The position numbers and the translations under genes were made by a program. This document shows positions 50,080 through 61,218 of a stretch of DNA of 64,000 nucleotides, piece after piece. The stretch's first letter is position 1; every line of letters begins with the position of its first letter. Below the pieces are notes generated by a model. The model did no database searches. It worked only from the letters and a program-made list of their open reading frames with translations, and was not told the origin of the DNA. Origin of the DNA: an uncultured cyanobacterium (GTDB lineage: Bacteria > Cyanobacteriota > Cyanobacteriia > PCC-9006 > JAAUQQ01). The stretch covers positions 4,288,001 through 4,352,000 of the forward strand of contig OY970368.1 in NCBI GenBank assembly GCA_963718615.1, read 5' to 3'.

Positions 50080-51711
50080 ATGACAACGTCCCACGCATCT
50101 CCCGACCGCATCTTGATTTTTGATACTACCCTTCGGGATGGTGAACAGTCCCCTGGGGCGAGCCTCAATCTGGACGAAAAACTGGCGATCGCCCGTCAAC
50201 TCGCCCGCCTAAACGTGGACATCATCGAAGCCGGGTTCCCCTTTGCCAGTCCTGGGGACTTTGAAGCGGTTCAACGCATTGCCGAGGCAGTTGGGACGGC
50301 CCAAGGACCGACGATTTGTGGTTTGGCGCGGGCTTCAGAAAAGGACATCAAAGCCGCTGCGGATGCCCTCAAGCCTGCGGCTAAACCCCGTATCCACACG
50401 TTCATTGCCAGTTCTGACATTCATCTTAAGTACAAACTCAAGAAAACCCGCGCGGAGGTGTTGGAAATCGCGCCGGAGATGGTTGCCTATGCGAAGGGTT
50501 TTATGGACGATGTGGAATTTTCTCCGGAGGATGCAGGGCGGTCTGATCCTGAGTTTCTCTATCCCCTGCTGGAAGCGGTCATTGATGCGGGAGCAACCAC
50601 GGTCAATATACCTGACACTGTGGGCTTTACAACTCCGGCGGAGTTTGGCGCTTTGATTCGCGGCATTAAACAACATGTGCGCAATATCGATCAGGCAATT
50701 ATTTCCGTTCATGGTCACAATGACCTCGGCCTTGCCGTGGCCAACTTCCTGGCTGCGGTGGAGAACGGGGCGCGGCAGTTGGAATGCACGATCAACGGCA
50801 TTGGCGAACGGGCTGGTAATGCGGCGCTTGAGGAGTTGGTGATGGCGCTCTATGTGCGTCGGAGCTACTACAACCCATTTTTGAAACGTGCTGTTGATTC
50901 TGAAGCGTCGCTTACCCAGATTAATACCCAGGAAATTTATAAGACTTCCCGCTTGGTTTCTAATTTGACGGGGATGTTGGTGCAACCGAATAAGGCGATT
51001 GTTGGGGCCAATGCGTTTGCCCATGAATCTGGTATTCATCAAGATGGGGTGCTCAAAAATAAGCTCACCTACGAAATTATGGATGCTGAGGTGATTGGCC
51101 TCACGACGAATCGCATTACGCTGGGGAAACTGTCGGGTCGCAATGCCTTTCGGACGCGGTTGCAGGAACTGGGATTTGAGCTCAATGAGGATGAGCTCAA
51201 TAAGGCGTTTGTGCGGTTTAAGGAGCTGGCGGATAAGAAGCGGGAGGTGAGCGATCGCGATCTAGAAGCCATCGTCAAAGATGAAACCAGCCATGTACCT
51301 GAGTTGTTCAAGCTGGAGCATATTCAGGTGTCCTGTGGGGATAAGGCTCGTCCGACGGCAACGGTGACGGTGCGCACGCCGGATGGCTTGGAATTGACGG
51401 ATGCGGCGATCGGTACGGGGCCGGTGGATGCGGTATATTGTGCGATTAACCGGGTGGTGAATATTCCCAATGAGTTGATTGAGTTTTCGGTCAAGTCTGT
51501 GACGGAGGGGATTGATGCGATGGGGGAAGTGACGATTCGGTTGCGCCACGAGGATCGGATTTTCTCGGGAAGTTTTGCCAATACGGACATTATTGTGGCG
51601 TCGGCGGAGGCGTTTATGATTGCGCTCAATCGGCTGGCAGCGGCGCTGCAAACGCAGCGGCCTTTGCATCCGCAACTGGAGGTGGTGAGTAAGGCGGGAG
51701 CGGGGGTTTAG
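50080..51711 (+). CDS. leuA: 2-isopropylmalate synthase
   Basis: [36 protein letters not shown] and regulatory domain GPVDA. Confidence 0.96.
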   Translation: MTTSHASPDRILIFDTTLRDGEQSPGASLNLDEKLAIARQLARLNVDIIEAGFPFASPGDFEAVQRIAEAVGTAQGPTICGLARASEKDIKAAADALKPAAKPRIHTFIASSDIHLKYKLKKTRAEVLEIAPEMVAYAKGFMDDVEFSPEDAGRSDPEFLYPLLEAVIDAGATTVNIPDTVGFTTPAEFGALIRGIKQHVRNIDQAIISVHGHNDLGLAVANFLAAVENGARQLECTINGIGERAGNAALEELVMALYVRRSYYNPFLKRAVDSEASLTQINTQEIYKTSRLVSNLTGMLVQPNKAIVGANAFAHESGIHQDGVLKNKLTYEIMDAEVIGLTTNRITLGKLSGRNAFRTRLQELGFELNEDELNKAFVRFKELADKKREVSDRDLEAIVKDETSHVPELFKLEHIQVSCGDKARPTATVTVRTPDGLELTDAAIGTGPVDAVYCAINRVVNIPNELIEFSVKSVTEGIDAMGEVTIRLRHEDRIFSGSFANTDIIVASAEAFMIALNRLAAALQTQRPLHPQLEVVSKAGAGV

Positions 51712-51966
51712 GGTTGGATGGCTTAGGAAACGGCAAAGCCAGAGTGCTGGCAGATGAAAGGATCGTGGGAGGCGAGCACAATGTCTTGCTTGGGGACGTT
51801 GCGTCTACCGTTGAGGAGCCAAACAACTTGGATGTATTGGCGATATTGCTCTACAGCCAGGCTTCCTCCTGTACTGCTCCATCCAAATCCTGCCAGGTCA
51901 ACTTAAAGGCTGCCTGCATCCTTTGGGAAGAGCTAGCCGTGGGCTACCGGCTAGCTCTTGACGTTT

Positions 51967-51985
51967 TGTTCTCGAAATGAGAACA
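51967..51985. promoter_or_regulatory. Palindromic operator upstream of higBA
   Basis: TGTTCTC-GAAAT-GAGAACA just downstream of TTGACG (51958) and 25 nt before the toxin start. Confidence 0.6.
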
Positions 51986-52010
51986 TTGGTAGAAAGTCAA
52001 CTCATTAAAA

Positions 52011-52310
52011 ATGCGCGTTATTAGCCGCAAAATCCTCAGGGATTTCTGTAATTCCCATGCCGACTCTTGCGATTCACTCTCCAACTGGTACAGGATTGCA
52101 AGCAGGGCAAGTTGGAAGACAATAAACGACGTTCAAAAAACCTACAAAACCGCAGAGGCCGTTGGGAATTGTACTATCTTTAATGTCAAAGGTAATCATT
52201 ATCGACTCATTGTAGATATTGTCTATGTCAGCCAAAGAATTTACATTAAATATATCTTAACCCATTCCGAATACGACAAAGGAAAGTGGAAAAATGATCC
52301 TTACTTTTAG
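52011..52310 (+). CDS. higB: Type II TA toxin, HigB family
   Basis: MRVISRKILRDF...W...FNVKGNHYRLI...ILTHSEYDK; toxin-first gene order. Confidence 0.88.
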   Translation: MRVISRKILRDFCNSHADSCDSLSNWYRIASRASWKTINDVQKTYKTAEAVGNCTIFNVKGNHYRLIVDIVYVSQRIYIKYILTHSEYDKGKWKNDPYF

Positions 52311-52692
52311 CTCAGAAAACTACACTCATCTTTTGGCCCAGTACCAGCCTAAGGTGATCAAAACCGAGAGGGAAAACGGACGGGCGATCGCCCTAGCCGC
52401 ACAACTAGAACATCAACCCGATCGAACCCCAGAAGAAGAAGCCCTCCTAGAACTTCTGGTCCTTCTCATTGAGAAATTCGAAGAGCAACAATATCCCCTT
52501 CCCCAAGCTTCTCCCCACTCCCTGCTGCTCCACCTCATGGAAGAAAACAACTTAAAACAAGAAGATTTAGTCGGTGTTCTAGGCAGTCGAGGCGTTGTTT
52601 CCGAAATCGTAAACGGCAAACGTGGCATCAGTAAAACCCAAGCCAAATCTCTGGCTCATTACTTTAACATCGATGCCGGTTTATTTATTTGA
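52294..52692 (+). CDS. higA: Type II TA antitoxin, HigA family (HTH)
   Basis: LIEKFEE...LMEENNLKQEDL...VSEIVNGKRGIS; overlaps the toxin 3' end. Confidence 0.88.
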   Translation: MILTFSSENYTHLLAQYQPKVIKTERENGRAIALAAQLEHQPDRTPEEEALLELLVLLIEKFEEQQYPLPQASPHSLLLHLMEENNLKQEDLVGVLGSRGVVSEIVNGKRGISKTQAKSLAHYFNIDAGLFI

Positions 52693-52719
52693 ACATCCAT
52701 CGATCCACCATCCCATCCC

Positions 52720-55700
52720 TCATCCTTCCACCTCCAGCACTGCTTCCCCACTGCGACCAAACTCCTCCGGCGCATACTGCAACTGAGCCTGGGCTCCCGG
52801 CCAACGGTACTCCCCCGGCGTCACCGATCGCACTAAATAATGCAAACTATAAATCCCTGCCTCCAACTGTTCCCCATAGGCCACAACGCGGTCCTGATAA
52901 ATCGTTTGATAACTCAACTGCCAACTATCATCCTCCGCCTCAAAGTAAGGCGTGGAAGTCTGGAAGCTATTGTCCACCGCCTCAAACCCCGCAGGCAGCG
53001 GATCAGTAATCACCAGATGATCCACCGGATGGTCCGCAATCACCTCAATGCCAATGTCAAACACCTGGCCCGCCCTGACCTGAAGCGGCTTTTCCACAGC
53101 CGAGAGACCGTGACGGGCGATCGCCTCACTGCCCTTTTGTCCCCCCTGAACTGGCTTAACCTCCCGCGTCACCCGCAGGCCACCAAACCGACCGGGCAAC
53201 GCATTTTGAGGCCGATAGCGATAGGCCGCAAGATAGTGCAACGTGCCTGAACCGGATTTGCTCAGAACCAGCTCCTGGTTGCCGTTGAGTAGATTTGCCA
53301 TGGCAACTGTTTGGATTTGACTGGGCTGGGTGGGGCTGAGGGGGGCGGTGGCGATCGCCTGATTCCCCAACGTCGCCGTAGCAGTGAATTGGGCATTCAC
53401 GGGCTCGGCTTTCGCAACCGTGGCAAGGGCCAAAAGCGCCTGGGCGTTGTTATAGCGATTCCCCCAGGTGCCTTCTGGGTTGCGTAGACTCAACAGACTG
53501 CGCAGCAGGCGATCGACCCGTTCTACGGGCAAATCCCGTTGCACATACAGCCGCAATGCCTGAGCCTGTTCCACCGTGGGCGAGTCTAGCCACCCCCAGC
53601 GCGGGGGCAAATTCAACCGGGCATTGCGTCCGCTGTCGTAGAGAACTGAATCAAACTCAGTCAGTAGCGCTTGGGCTTGGCTTTGCCAGTTCGGTAGCCG
53701 CAGCAAATGCCGAGCCAACTGAAGCTGATTGACTAAGCTCAGATCATTGCGCTCTTGATAGATCTGGGAAACATAATCCTCCCGGACATCACCCAGTTCC
53801 GCCAAGGCATTCAGCGCACCCAAACGCAGCGAGGCTTTACAAAGGGGGTCGTCGCAATAGCTGTACTGGCCTGGGTCCGAGAGGAGTTTGTCGAGATAAC
53901 GGCGGAGGCTCGCCAACAGCGTCGAGTTCACGGGAATTTGGGCCTGCTGGGCCTGGGCGATCGCCTCTGCCGCATAGGGCGTTACCCCCGGATCGCTCTG
54001 CTCCGCTGTGGCCCAACTGGCAAAGCCACCGTCCGGTTTTTGCAGGGTTTGGAGTTGTTCTAGGGCGGCGATCGCCGTTTTCTGAAGCTGTGACTTTCTC
54101 GGTGCATAAATGCCCGTTCCCAGATTGAGCAAACTCGCCGCAGTGGCTAACTGACTCGCAGTCGGTTCCAGGAACTCCAGATTCTCCTCATTCAACACCG
54201 CATCCGCCGCTGCGTTCATTTCCGGAATGAGCGTACTGGCCAGGGAGACTTCTAATCCCCCCGCATTGGGGATGACCTGATCCTTGTTGATCTGCAACGG
54301 GATCGTGACGGTGTTTTGGGTGGTGCCTGTTTCGATGGTCTGCTCGGTGAGGTCGAGCGATCGCACGCTCAAGGGCAGTTCAAAGGCGTCAATATGCTGA
54401 TTCAACTGGGCTTCAAAGGCGATTTTTGTATCCCCTGAGGCTTCGACAACCACGGGAAACCTTAACGCCTCGGTTTTGCCGTCACCGACTTTTTGTCGTG
54501 CTTCGGTTGTTTGACCCTCTTCTGCCTGACCTCCTCCTTTCGTAAATTTCAGTCCCTCTCCCAGTTGACTGCTGACTGCAACGGTGCCGCCTTTGCCAGT
54601 GCTGTTGGTAAGCGTGAGGCCGAGATTGAGGCGATCGCCCGGTCGGGCAAACTGGGGCAGGGCCGGATTGGCCAGGAGCGGTCGCTGGGTCATAAACGTC
54701 TCTTCGCCGTTGCCGGCGGCATAGGGAGCATTACCGGATTGGGCCGTTTGGGCCAAACCTACGGCCATGACGCGCCAAGTTGTCAGGTCATCGGGAAGTT
54801 TAAATTGAATCTGGGCTTGGCCTTTAGCATCGGTCTGCACTGCGCCATTGTAGTAGGCCAAGGGGCGAAAATCGCGCCGCGCACGGGTGTTGCCGCTGCC
54901 GGTGGAAAAGCCGCCGCCATAGCCCCAGCCTTTTTCCAGGGGCGAGGCTGGGGTTTGCAAAATCACGTCGAGGCGATTATCGTTGAACCGAGTTGTGATC
55001 GGTTGCTCGGCATACAAGGTTTTGACCAGATCCGGAGGCCGATAGCCTGTCAGTTGTAGGACCGCCTCATTGACGACCATGACCGCCATTTGCCCCTGCA
55101 CAGGTTGGTTTTGGGCATTGGTAACCGTGAACGCCACAGTTTGATCGGTGCCTGGTTCTAAGGTTTTGTTTTGCGGTTGTACGGCCACCTGAAGGTATTG
55201 ACTGGCGAGGTCTAGGGTGAAGGACTGGAAGCCAATTTGCACTAGATCCTCCAGTTGATTCACTTCATTTTCCGCCAGATCCGCCAGAGGTTTGCCTTTG
55301 CGGACCAGCACCGCTTCCACCGCCGCATTGGGCAACATTTCTGGGGTGACGGTGAACTGAACTTGGGGGGCGCTGCCCTGGACGGGCACAATGGTTTGGT
55401 AGAGGGGGCGATCGCGCACCACGGACAAAAACAATTCTCCTGCCTCAAAGGGTGACTGAATCAGCACCGTCGCGGTATCCCCCGGCTTATAGGTTTCCCG
55501 ATCGAGCTGTAGCTCCAGTTTGGCCTGGTCCCGTCTTCCCCAGAAAAACGATCCCGTACCCGTGGCCCAGAGACTGCGTTCGGTTGCCGTGGCATCGGAG
55601 GAGCTACCTACCAAATTAGCGCGGATGCGATAGGCCCCGGCTTCCGGTGCGGTGAACTGGACCGGTTGAGGTTGCTCCCCTGAGCGGACTGTGGCCTGGG

Positions 55701-58569
55701 CAACGGGTTTGTACGTGACTTGGTTGCGATCGCGTTCACTCCCCGCCACTACCTGACGGATGTAGCTAAACTCCCGCTGTTCGAGCTGCAACTCAACCGC
55801 TTGTCCCGAAATTGCTTGCCCCTCCGGATCCGTAACAATTACATCCACGGAGAAGGCTTGACCCGCATCGGCAACAGAGTTGCTGCGTAATCCGATCAGG
55901 CGATCGCTCGGCAACGCCGTCAGGGTTTGGCTACTGCCCACGGATAGGTTCGCAACGTCCGTCACATCGGCATCCACCCGGTAGGTCATGGGATAGGGGA
56001 GGTCCTGGGCGATGGCGATCGCCTGTTGTCCCTGACCCTGGCCATTGAGCGTGCCTTGTTCCTGCAACACCTCCGACTCGACTTCCGGGGCTTTCTCCGG
56101 CCAGAGCCACTGTCGCCCAAACTGGAACGCCTCCCAACCCTTGGGGGCAAAATCCTCGGCGGGACGGCGGGTGACAAAATACTGAATCTGAGCATCTGCT
56201 AAGGGCGCGCCGAACAGATACTGGCTCTCCGCATTAGCCGTGATCTCACTGCCTGCGGTGGCGAACGGTTTACTAAGTTGTAGATCAACCTTAAAGTTCA
56301 GTGGTTTGAACTCGGCCACGCGAAATTCCCCCGCCAGTTCAGGATAGTCGCCGCCGTTCCGTTTGGCTTTGATTTGATAGAAGCCGAGGGCTTGGCTGTC
56401 CTCTAGGGGCAGATCAACGGAGAAGGTGCCCAGTTTCGTCGTGGTTTTCTGGCCGAGGGCTTGGGATTGACCCTCCGGCCCTTGGATGCTTACAACATAG
56501 GTTGCATTGGCATCCGCTTGCAATTTGCCGTCCTTGAGGTAGTAAGCCACGCCGGTAAAGTCAGCGGTTTCGCCCGGTTGATAGAGTTGGCGATCGGAAA
56601 AGATGGTCCCTCGGGATTCAACTTGACCACTATTCCACTGAGGACTAACGCCATAGCCATAGGAGCCACTGTAGGCATCTGTTGCGGCAAAGGCCCAGTC
56701 GTCCGCTTCTCGCACCACAGCCAAAAGCTTTGGCCCCTCCTGCTCATAGGCGTCGCTGGCCCGTCCTGCCGCGTAGCAAGATTGCAGCGCCCCCCCTTGT
56801 AACTGGAATGTACCCTGGGCATCGGTTTTGCCCGTGGCGCAGGGGCCAGAGGCGTTGGCGTAGATCTCCACGGGTGCATTGGCAACCGGCGAACCATCCT
56901 GGAGATGATGAGCACGAACCCAGCCCAACGTGGGGAACCACTGGGCAAAGACGCCGAGGCGTGTGAGCTGGACCATGCCGTAGAATTCGGGCGATCGCTG
57001 TTTCGTCTTCCCGTCTTCTTGATAGGAATTGGTTTTGCCCGTTACCCCATAGGCCACCAGCCCCGTCGGTTTCTTCAAAATATCTTTGAGGTTTAAAGCC
57101 ATTTCAGCAGGCTGATTCGGTTGCGGATTTTTAACCGTAACCGCGTTCCACTGACCCACCGGAGGCAAGAGTGATTCTACGGTTCCTGCAATGTAGTCCA
57201 GCGATTCACCCGCGATATCCTGCGGCTGCAACACCTTCACCGTTTGCTGAAACTTGGCCTCGGGCAAATTCACCGCCGAGACATTCAGCGCAATCTCCTG
57301 ACCCGCTGGAAAAATATTCAAATCCCCCGGTGCCCACAAATCCGCTGCTACATCGCCGGTTTCATAGGTCAAGGTTTGGGCCTGTTCCAGAGTTTGACCA
57401 AAAATATCTTGAATGCCAGTTCCTAGTTCAACTTGATAGGTCGTCCCCGGCTCCAAGGCCCAGGGATTGAGATCTACGGTTTGAGATTCATCGTAGATTC
57501 GCAGGGCAGGCACGGAGGCATTGGGTTCTGGCGTCAGCTTGATATTGGCCAATACCGAGTCGCGATCGAGGGGATTATTAAATGTGAGTTGTGCTTGCCC
57601 TTTAACAAACCGACCATAGGTGCCGCCGCCATCGGGTTGGCCAAAATAATCAATTTTCTTGAACTGTAGCGGGGCGTAGGTGGTGATCGTGCTGGCGATC
57701 GCCTTCTCTAAGGCCAAATTCCCCACCGCAGGCCGCAATCCCGGCGTTAGCTCTAGGCTATAGGCCGTAGATTTCTCCAGTTTTTTGCTGGGCTCTAGCC
57801 TGTAGCGCCAGGGTTTTTGGGAGGGATCAAAGGCGATCGCACTCGACCGAAATGACTCCTCCGATTTCTCTAGACTGGGCTTGAGCGTTACCACTTGATC
57901 GCCCACCCGCAGCACTGCATGCTCCTTCAGCGAATCCAAATCCAGTTCTGTATTGGCAACAAAGCCCAACGCTGGCGATAGCGAAAACGGTGGTTGATAC
58001 TCTTGGTCCGCTGATAGGTCAGAAATTTCAATCGCCGGGGTTTCAAAACTCCACACCAAATCCTCGCTGAGTTGATGATTGCTCAGATCTTTTAATCCAG
58101 CCTTGAGACGCACCTGGAACCGACTGGCAACGGGGAGGGCGCGATCGCTCTGGAATCCCACCATACGCGGCGTTAAAATCCGAAACTGCCCTGGGAACTT
58201 CGGCTGTAGTTCAAACTGATCCAGAATGACCTGCTGGTTATCGCTTTCCAGTGCCTCCAGCGGAATCAAGGGCTCCTTGAAGCGAATCCGGATCTGGGAT
58301 AGGGGTTGCGCCTGCTTCTGTGGCGAGATTTCTTCAATCCAGTCCGGTAGGGTTGGCTCCGGTACGGCCTCCACGCTGGCCAGGGGAGACAAGGGTTCAG
58401 TTTGTGTTTGTCCCGAGGACTGACTCACCGACATCCCCGGCTGCGCCGATGGTTGGGGATTACAGGCCGAGAGACCCAACGCCAGATGGAACCCCAACCA
58501 AACCAAAACCAACCAGGTTGCAAACCGACGTCCCACGGCGATGACCTCTCTGTCCAATATTCCCCACAC
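52720..58569 (-). CDS. Bacterial alpha-2-macroglobulin family lipoprotein
   Basis: Lipobox LSAC, FSDRQLYQPGE, FRVAEFK, LPDDLTTWRVMA, QKPDGGF, DPLPAGFE and YAPEEFGRS. Confidence 0.9.
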   Translation of the reverse strand: MWGILDREVIAVGRRFATWLVLVWLGFHLALGLSACNPQPSAQPGMSVSQSSGQTQTEPLSPLASVEAVPEPTLPDWIEEISPQKQAQPLSQIRIRFKEPLIPLEALESDNQQVILDQFELQPKFPGQFRILTPRMVGFQSDRALPVASRFQVRLKAGLKDLSNHQLSEDLVWSFETPAIEISDLSADQEYQPPFSLSPALGFVANTELDLDSLKEHAVLRVGDQVVTLKPSLEKSEESFRSSAIAFDPSQKPWRYRLEPSKKLEKSTAYSLELTPGLRPAVGNLALEKAIASTITTYAPLQFKKIDYFGQPDGGGTYGRFVKGQAQLTFNNPLDRDSVLANIKLTPEPNASVPALRIYDESQTVDLNPWALEPGTTYQVELGTGIQDIFGQTLEQAQTLTYETGDVAADLWAPGDLNIFPAGQEIALNVSAVNLPEAKFQQTVKVLQPQDIAGESLDYIAGTVESLLPPVGQWNAVTVKNPQPNQPAEMALNLKDILKKPTGLVAYGVTGKTNSYQEDGKTKQRSPEFYGMVQLTRLGVFAQWFPTLGWVRAHHLQDGSPVANAPVEIYANASGPCATGKTDAQGTFQLQGGALQSCYAAGRASDAYEQEGPKLLAVVREADDWAFAATDAYSGSYGYGVSPQWNSGQVESRGTIFSDRQLYQPGETADFTGVAYYLKDGKLQADANATYVVSIQGPEGQSQALGQKTTTKLGTFSVDLPLEDSQALGFYQIKAKRNGGDYPELAGEFRVAEFKPLNFKVDLQLSKPFATAGSEITANAESQYLFGAPLADAQIQYFVTRRPAEDFAPKGWEAFQFGRQWLWPEKAPEVESEVLQEQGTLNGQGQGQQAIAIAQDLPYPMTYRVDADVTDVANLSVGSSQTLTALPSDRLIGLRSNSVADAGQAFSVDVIVTDPEGQAISGQAVELQLEQREFSYIRQVVAGSERDRNQVTYKPVAQATVRSGEQPQPVQFTAPEAGAYRIRANLVGSSSDATATERSLWATGTGSFFWGRRDQAKLELQLDRETYKPGDTATVLIQSPFEAGELFLSVVRDRPLYQTIVPVQGSAPQVQFTVTPEMLPNAAVEAVLVRKGKPLADLAENEVNQLEDLVQIGFQSFTLDLASQYLQVAVQPQNKTLEPGTDQTVAFTVTNAQNQPVQGQMAVMVVNEAVLQLTGYRPPDLVKTLYAEQPITTRFNDNRLDVILQTPASPLEKGWGYGGGFSTGSGNTRARRDFRPLAYYNGAVQTDAKGQAQIQFKLPDDLTTWRVMAVGLAQTAQSGNAPYAAGNGEETFMTQRPLLANPALPQFARPGDRLNLGLTLTNSTGKGGTVAVSSQLGEGLKFTKGGGQAEEGQTTEARQKVGDGKTEALRFPVVVEASGDTKIAFEAQLNQHIDAFELPLSVRSLDLTEQTIETGTTQNTVTIPLQINKDQVIPNAGGLEVSLASTLIPEMNAAADAVLNEENLEFLEPTASQLATAASLLNLGTGIYAPRKSQLQKTAIAALEQLQTLQKPDGGFASWATAEQSDPGVTPYAAEAIAQAQQAQIPVNSTLLASLRRYLDKLLSDPGQYSYCDDPLCKASLRLGALNALAELGDVREDYVSQIYQERNDLSLVNQLQLARHLLRLPNWQSQAQALLTEFDSVLYDSGRNARLNLPPRWGWLDSPTVEQAQALRLYVQRDLPVERVDRLLRSLLSLRNPEGTWGNRYNNAQALLALATVAKAEPVNAQFTATATLGNQAIATAPLSPTQPSQIQTVAMANLLNGNQELVLSKSGSGTLHYLAAYRYRPQNALPGRFGGLRVTREVKPVQGGQKGSEAIARHGLSAVEKPLQVRAGQVFDIGIEVIADHPVDHLVITDPLPAGFEAVDNSFQTSTPYFEAEDDSWQLSYQTIYQDRVVAYGEQLEAGIYSLHYLVRSVTPGEYRWPGAQAQLQYAPEEFGRSGEAVLEVEG

Positions 58570-58683
58570 GGTCCGACTCAGGAACCTCCAAGCCTAGATC
58601 CGTGATAACCGAGGGCGATCGCCCTTGACAGGCTCTGGGCATAATTCTTAACGTCGTGCTTAACCTTACGCTGCCCATCGGCC

Positions 58684-58903
58684 CTAGCGGCGGCGACGCT
58701 CCAAAAACTTCAGCACATCCTCAGCATAAAAATTAACCTGAGCCAGCCCATGGACGATTAAGAGCCAGCGATCGCCTTTAGACTTAATCAACCATTCCCC
58801 TTCCCCTGGAGCACTGATCACAATCTCGCCCTGCTCATCCAAACCACAGACAAATCTCCAGGCTTGGGCCTGGCTCAGCAACTCCTCATTAGACAAAGAC
58901 ATT
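58684..58903 (-). CDS. Small hypothetical protein (start probably ATG 58903)
   Basis: Compact ORF MSLSNEELL...WLLIVHGLAQV...LKFLERRR. Confidence 0.55.
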
Positions 58904-59104
58904 GTTGGACCAAGACATCGTTCACACAGGTAAGCAAAAACAGGGGCTGTCAGCCCCTTGTCATGAAATTTTGAAATTAGGTCGCCAGCTCTAGTTGACC
59001 ACAGGGACATTAAGTCATCAGCAAGCTAAGTTTAAGAACAGGTTATGAAACAGGCGAGTCTTGAGAAAAGACTTAGCCGAGCTTAAGCGAGGAACTTAGT
59101 TTAG

Positions 59105-60414
59105 GGACTTCCAGGGAAATAATCATGCCAATAGTGGTTCAGGGCGATAGCCAATATCGATAAACCATTTGCCGAGATTCAAGGGTTTGCCGTTGACCTC
59201 GAACTCGGGGAGGCGCTGAATCTGCGTTTCCACCTCAGCCATCGCCAGTTTGGTCAGTTTGACGCCAGTTTGATAAGTTTGGGTTACGAGTTTAACCACT
59301 GGATGGTGACCGTTCCAAGTCATGGATTGGGCGAATTTCAAAACAGTGTCAATGTCATCGAGAATGGTGCCATTCCAGTGATTTTCGAGAACGCCCCAGG
59401 TTCTTTCTATTGGATTGTATTTACTGTGATAGGGCGGATAATAAGCCAAGCGGAGATTTATCTGATGACGCTGGGCAAAGTCCACCATCCGTTTCATGAA
59501 CTGCGTGCGTCGAGAATGATTTTCTGGACCATTATCCTGGTGGAGTAATAACGTCTGAACCGCCGAGAACCGCTGCCGATGCTCCAACCACCAATCTTCC
59601 AAAGCATCGACGATGAAGTCACTGGTCACGTTTGAGGTAGTGCAATAGAGAAATAGTTCGTCCCATTGCGGTAGGAAAATACCGTAGGGGATGACCGTCG
59701 CTTGAGGTTGAAAATCATGGTCGCAGGCTTCGGTCAGGAGCCGATTTTTGCCCTTTCGGGAGAACGGCCCTACTTTCACAGCGGCTTTGGCGTCCAACGA
59801 GAGTCGTAATACTGTGGGGTCGTCGAGGGCGACGGCATTGACGACAGCCATCTGGTCAAAAATGGCATCGGTCAAGGCAATTTTTTTTGAGGTTTCGTTT
59901 TCCCGACCTTGCTGGGGTAATAGCCCAATTGATTCAGCCGCGTTCGGATGGTTTCGGTCGTGGGCAATTCCTCGTCGCGATAGCCGTTTTGGGCAATCAG
60001 TTGACGGCGCACTTCGGCGGCACTCAGACGGGTGTACAAGCGATTTGTCGTGAATTTCGGATCGCTCTGGCTTTGGCTATCCACGAGCGCTTGAATATCC
60101 CTCAGCAAGTTGGGTAAACGGCTCTCTGTTCGCTTGCGACCACGCATCTTAAAGGCATCGACACAAATCACGCCGTTCTCGATTTCGCGTTGCCCTTTGC
60201 GAATCAAGTCACGATGCCAACCTAATTCGCGCTCGGCGAGGCGCTGTCCTCCTCGCCCTAGCTCTGCTACAGTTTGGGCCATAAACCGACGACGCTCGTG
60301 GCCTTGCAGACACTCGGCGGTCTCTTTCAATAACACTTTGAGGGAGTCTGTGAGTTTCAACATGAACTCAGTTTAGTTCATGCCTGCTGGGACGATTTAT
60401 TTATTGGAAGTCCC
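59105..60414 (-). mobile_element. ISAzo13-family insertion sequence
   Basis: Terminal inverted repeats begin GGGACTTCCA at both ends, flanked by a TTA duplication (59102-59104 and 60415-60417). Two transposase ORFs inside. Confidence 0.9.
59123..60363 (-). CDS. ISAzo13-family DDE transposase, two ORFs joined by a -1 frameshift at an A8 run (59881-59888)
   Basis: ORF1 RRRFMA...SQSDPKF...LYTRLSA...KPQKK; ORF2 SLDAKA, DHDF, DNGPEN and YYPPYHSKYNPIER. Confidence 0.88.
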
Positions 60415-61218
60415 TTAACCAAAGCGTCCATTGATATAGTCCTGGGTTTCTGGGTGGGTGGGTTGCTTAAAAATTTTCTGGGTGCGGTCAAACTCAATCA
60501 GTTTACCCAAGTACATAAAGGCAGTGTAATCCGAGATCCGCGCTGCCTGTTGCATACTGTGAGTTACAATCAGCACCGTCACCTGCTCCTTCAGTTGGAT
60601 CATCAGTTCCTCGATGCTTGCGGTGGCAATTGGATCCAAGGCAGAGGTGGGTTCGTCAAACAAAATTAACTCTGGGTCTGTGGCTAAGGCCCGCGCAATA
60701 CAAAGACGCTGTTGCTGGCCGCCCGAGAGGTTGTAGGCTTGATCCTCTAGTCGGTCTTTTACCTCGTCCCATAGTGCGGCTTGCTGTAAGGATTTTTCAA
60801 CTTTTTTATCTAATACACGACGGCGAGTTTCTCCCCGAACCCGTAGGCCGTAGGCTACATTTTCGTAGATGGACTTAGGAAACGGATTGGGTCGCTGAAA
60901 TACCATGCTAATCCGCATCCGAACTTCAATAGGATCAATTTTGCGAGAAATTAAATTGACCGCAGAATCGAGTAGAATTTTGCCTTCATAGCGATTACCA
61001 TCGTAGAGATCATGCATACGGTTAAAACAACGCAAAAGGGTTGTTTTACCACAGCCAGAGGGACCGATGAGCGCTGTAATTTGTTTCTCTGGGATGGCTA
61101 AACTAACATTTTTAATGGCATGAACATTGCCATAGTAAAAGTTCAGATTAATCGCCTCTACTTTTGCGTTGTGGGCGATCGCCGATGGAGAACTAAATCC
61201 AGAAGTTTCGCTTACCAT
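60415..61218 (-). CDS. pstB: Phosphate ABC transporter ATP-binding protein
   Basis: [37 protein letters not shown] and DEPTSALDP. Confidence 0.96.
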   Translation of the reverse strand: MVSETSGFSSPSAIAHNAKVEAINLNFYYGNVHAIKNVSLAIPEKQITALIGPSGCGKTTLLRCFNRMHDLYDGNRYEGKILLDSAVNLISRKIDPIEVRMRISMVFQRPNPFPKSIYENVAYGLRVRGETRRRVLDKKVEKSLQQAALWDEVKDRLEDQAYNLSGGQQQRLCIARALATDPELILFDEPTSALDPIATASIEELMIQLKEQVTVLIVTHSMQQAARISDYTAFMYLGKLIEFDRTQKIFKQPTHPETQDYINGRFG

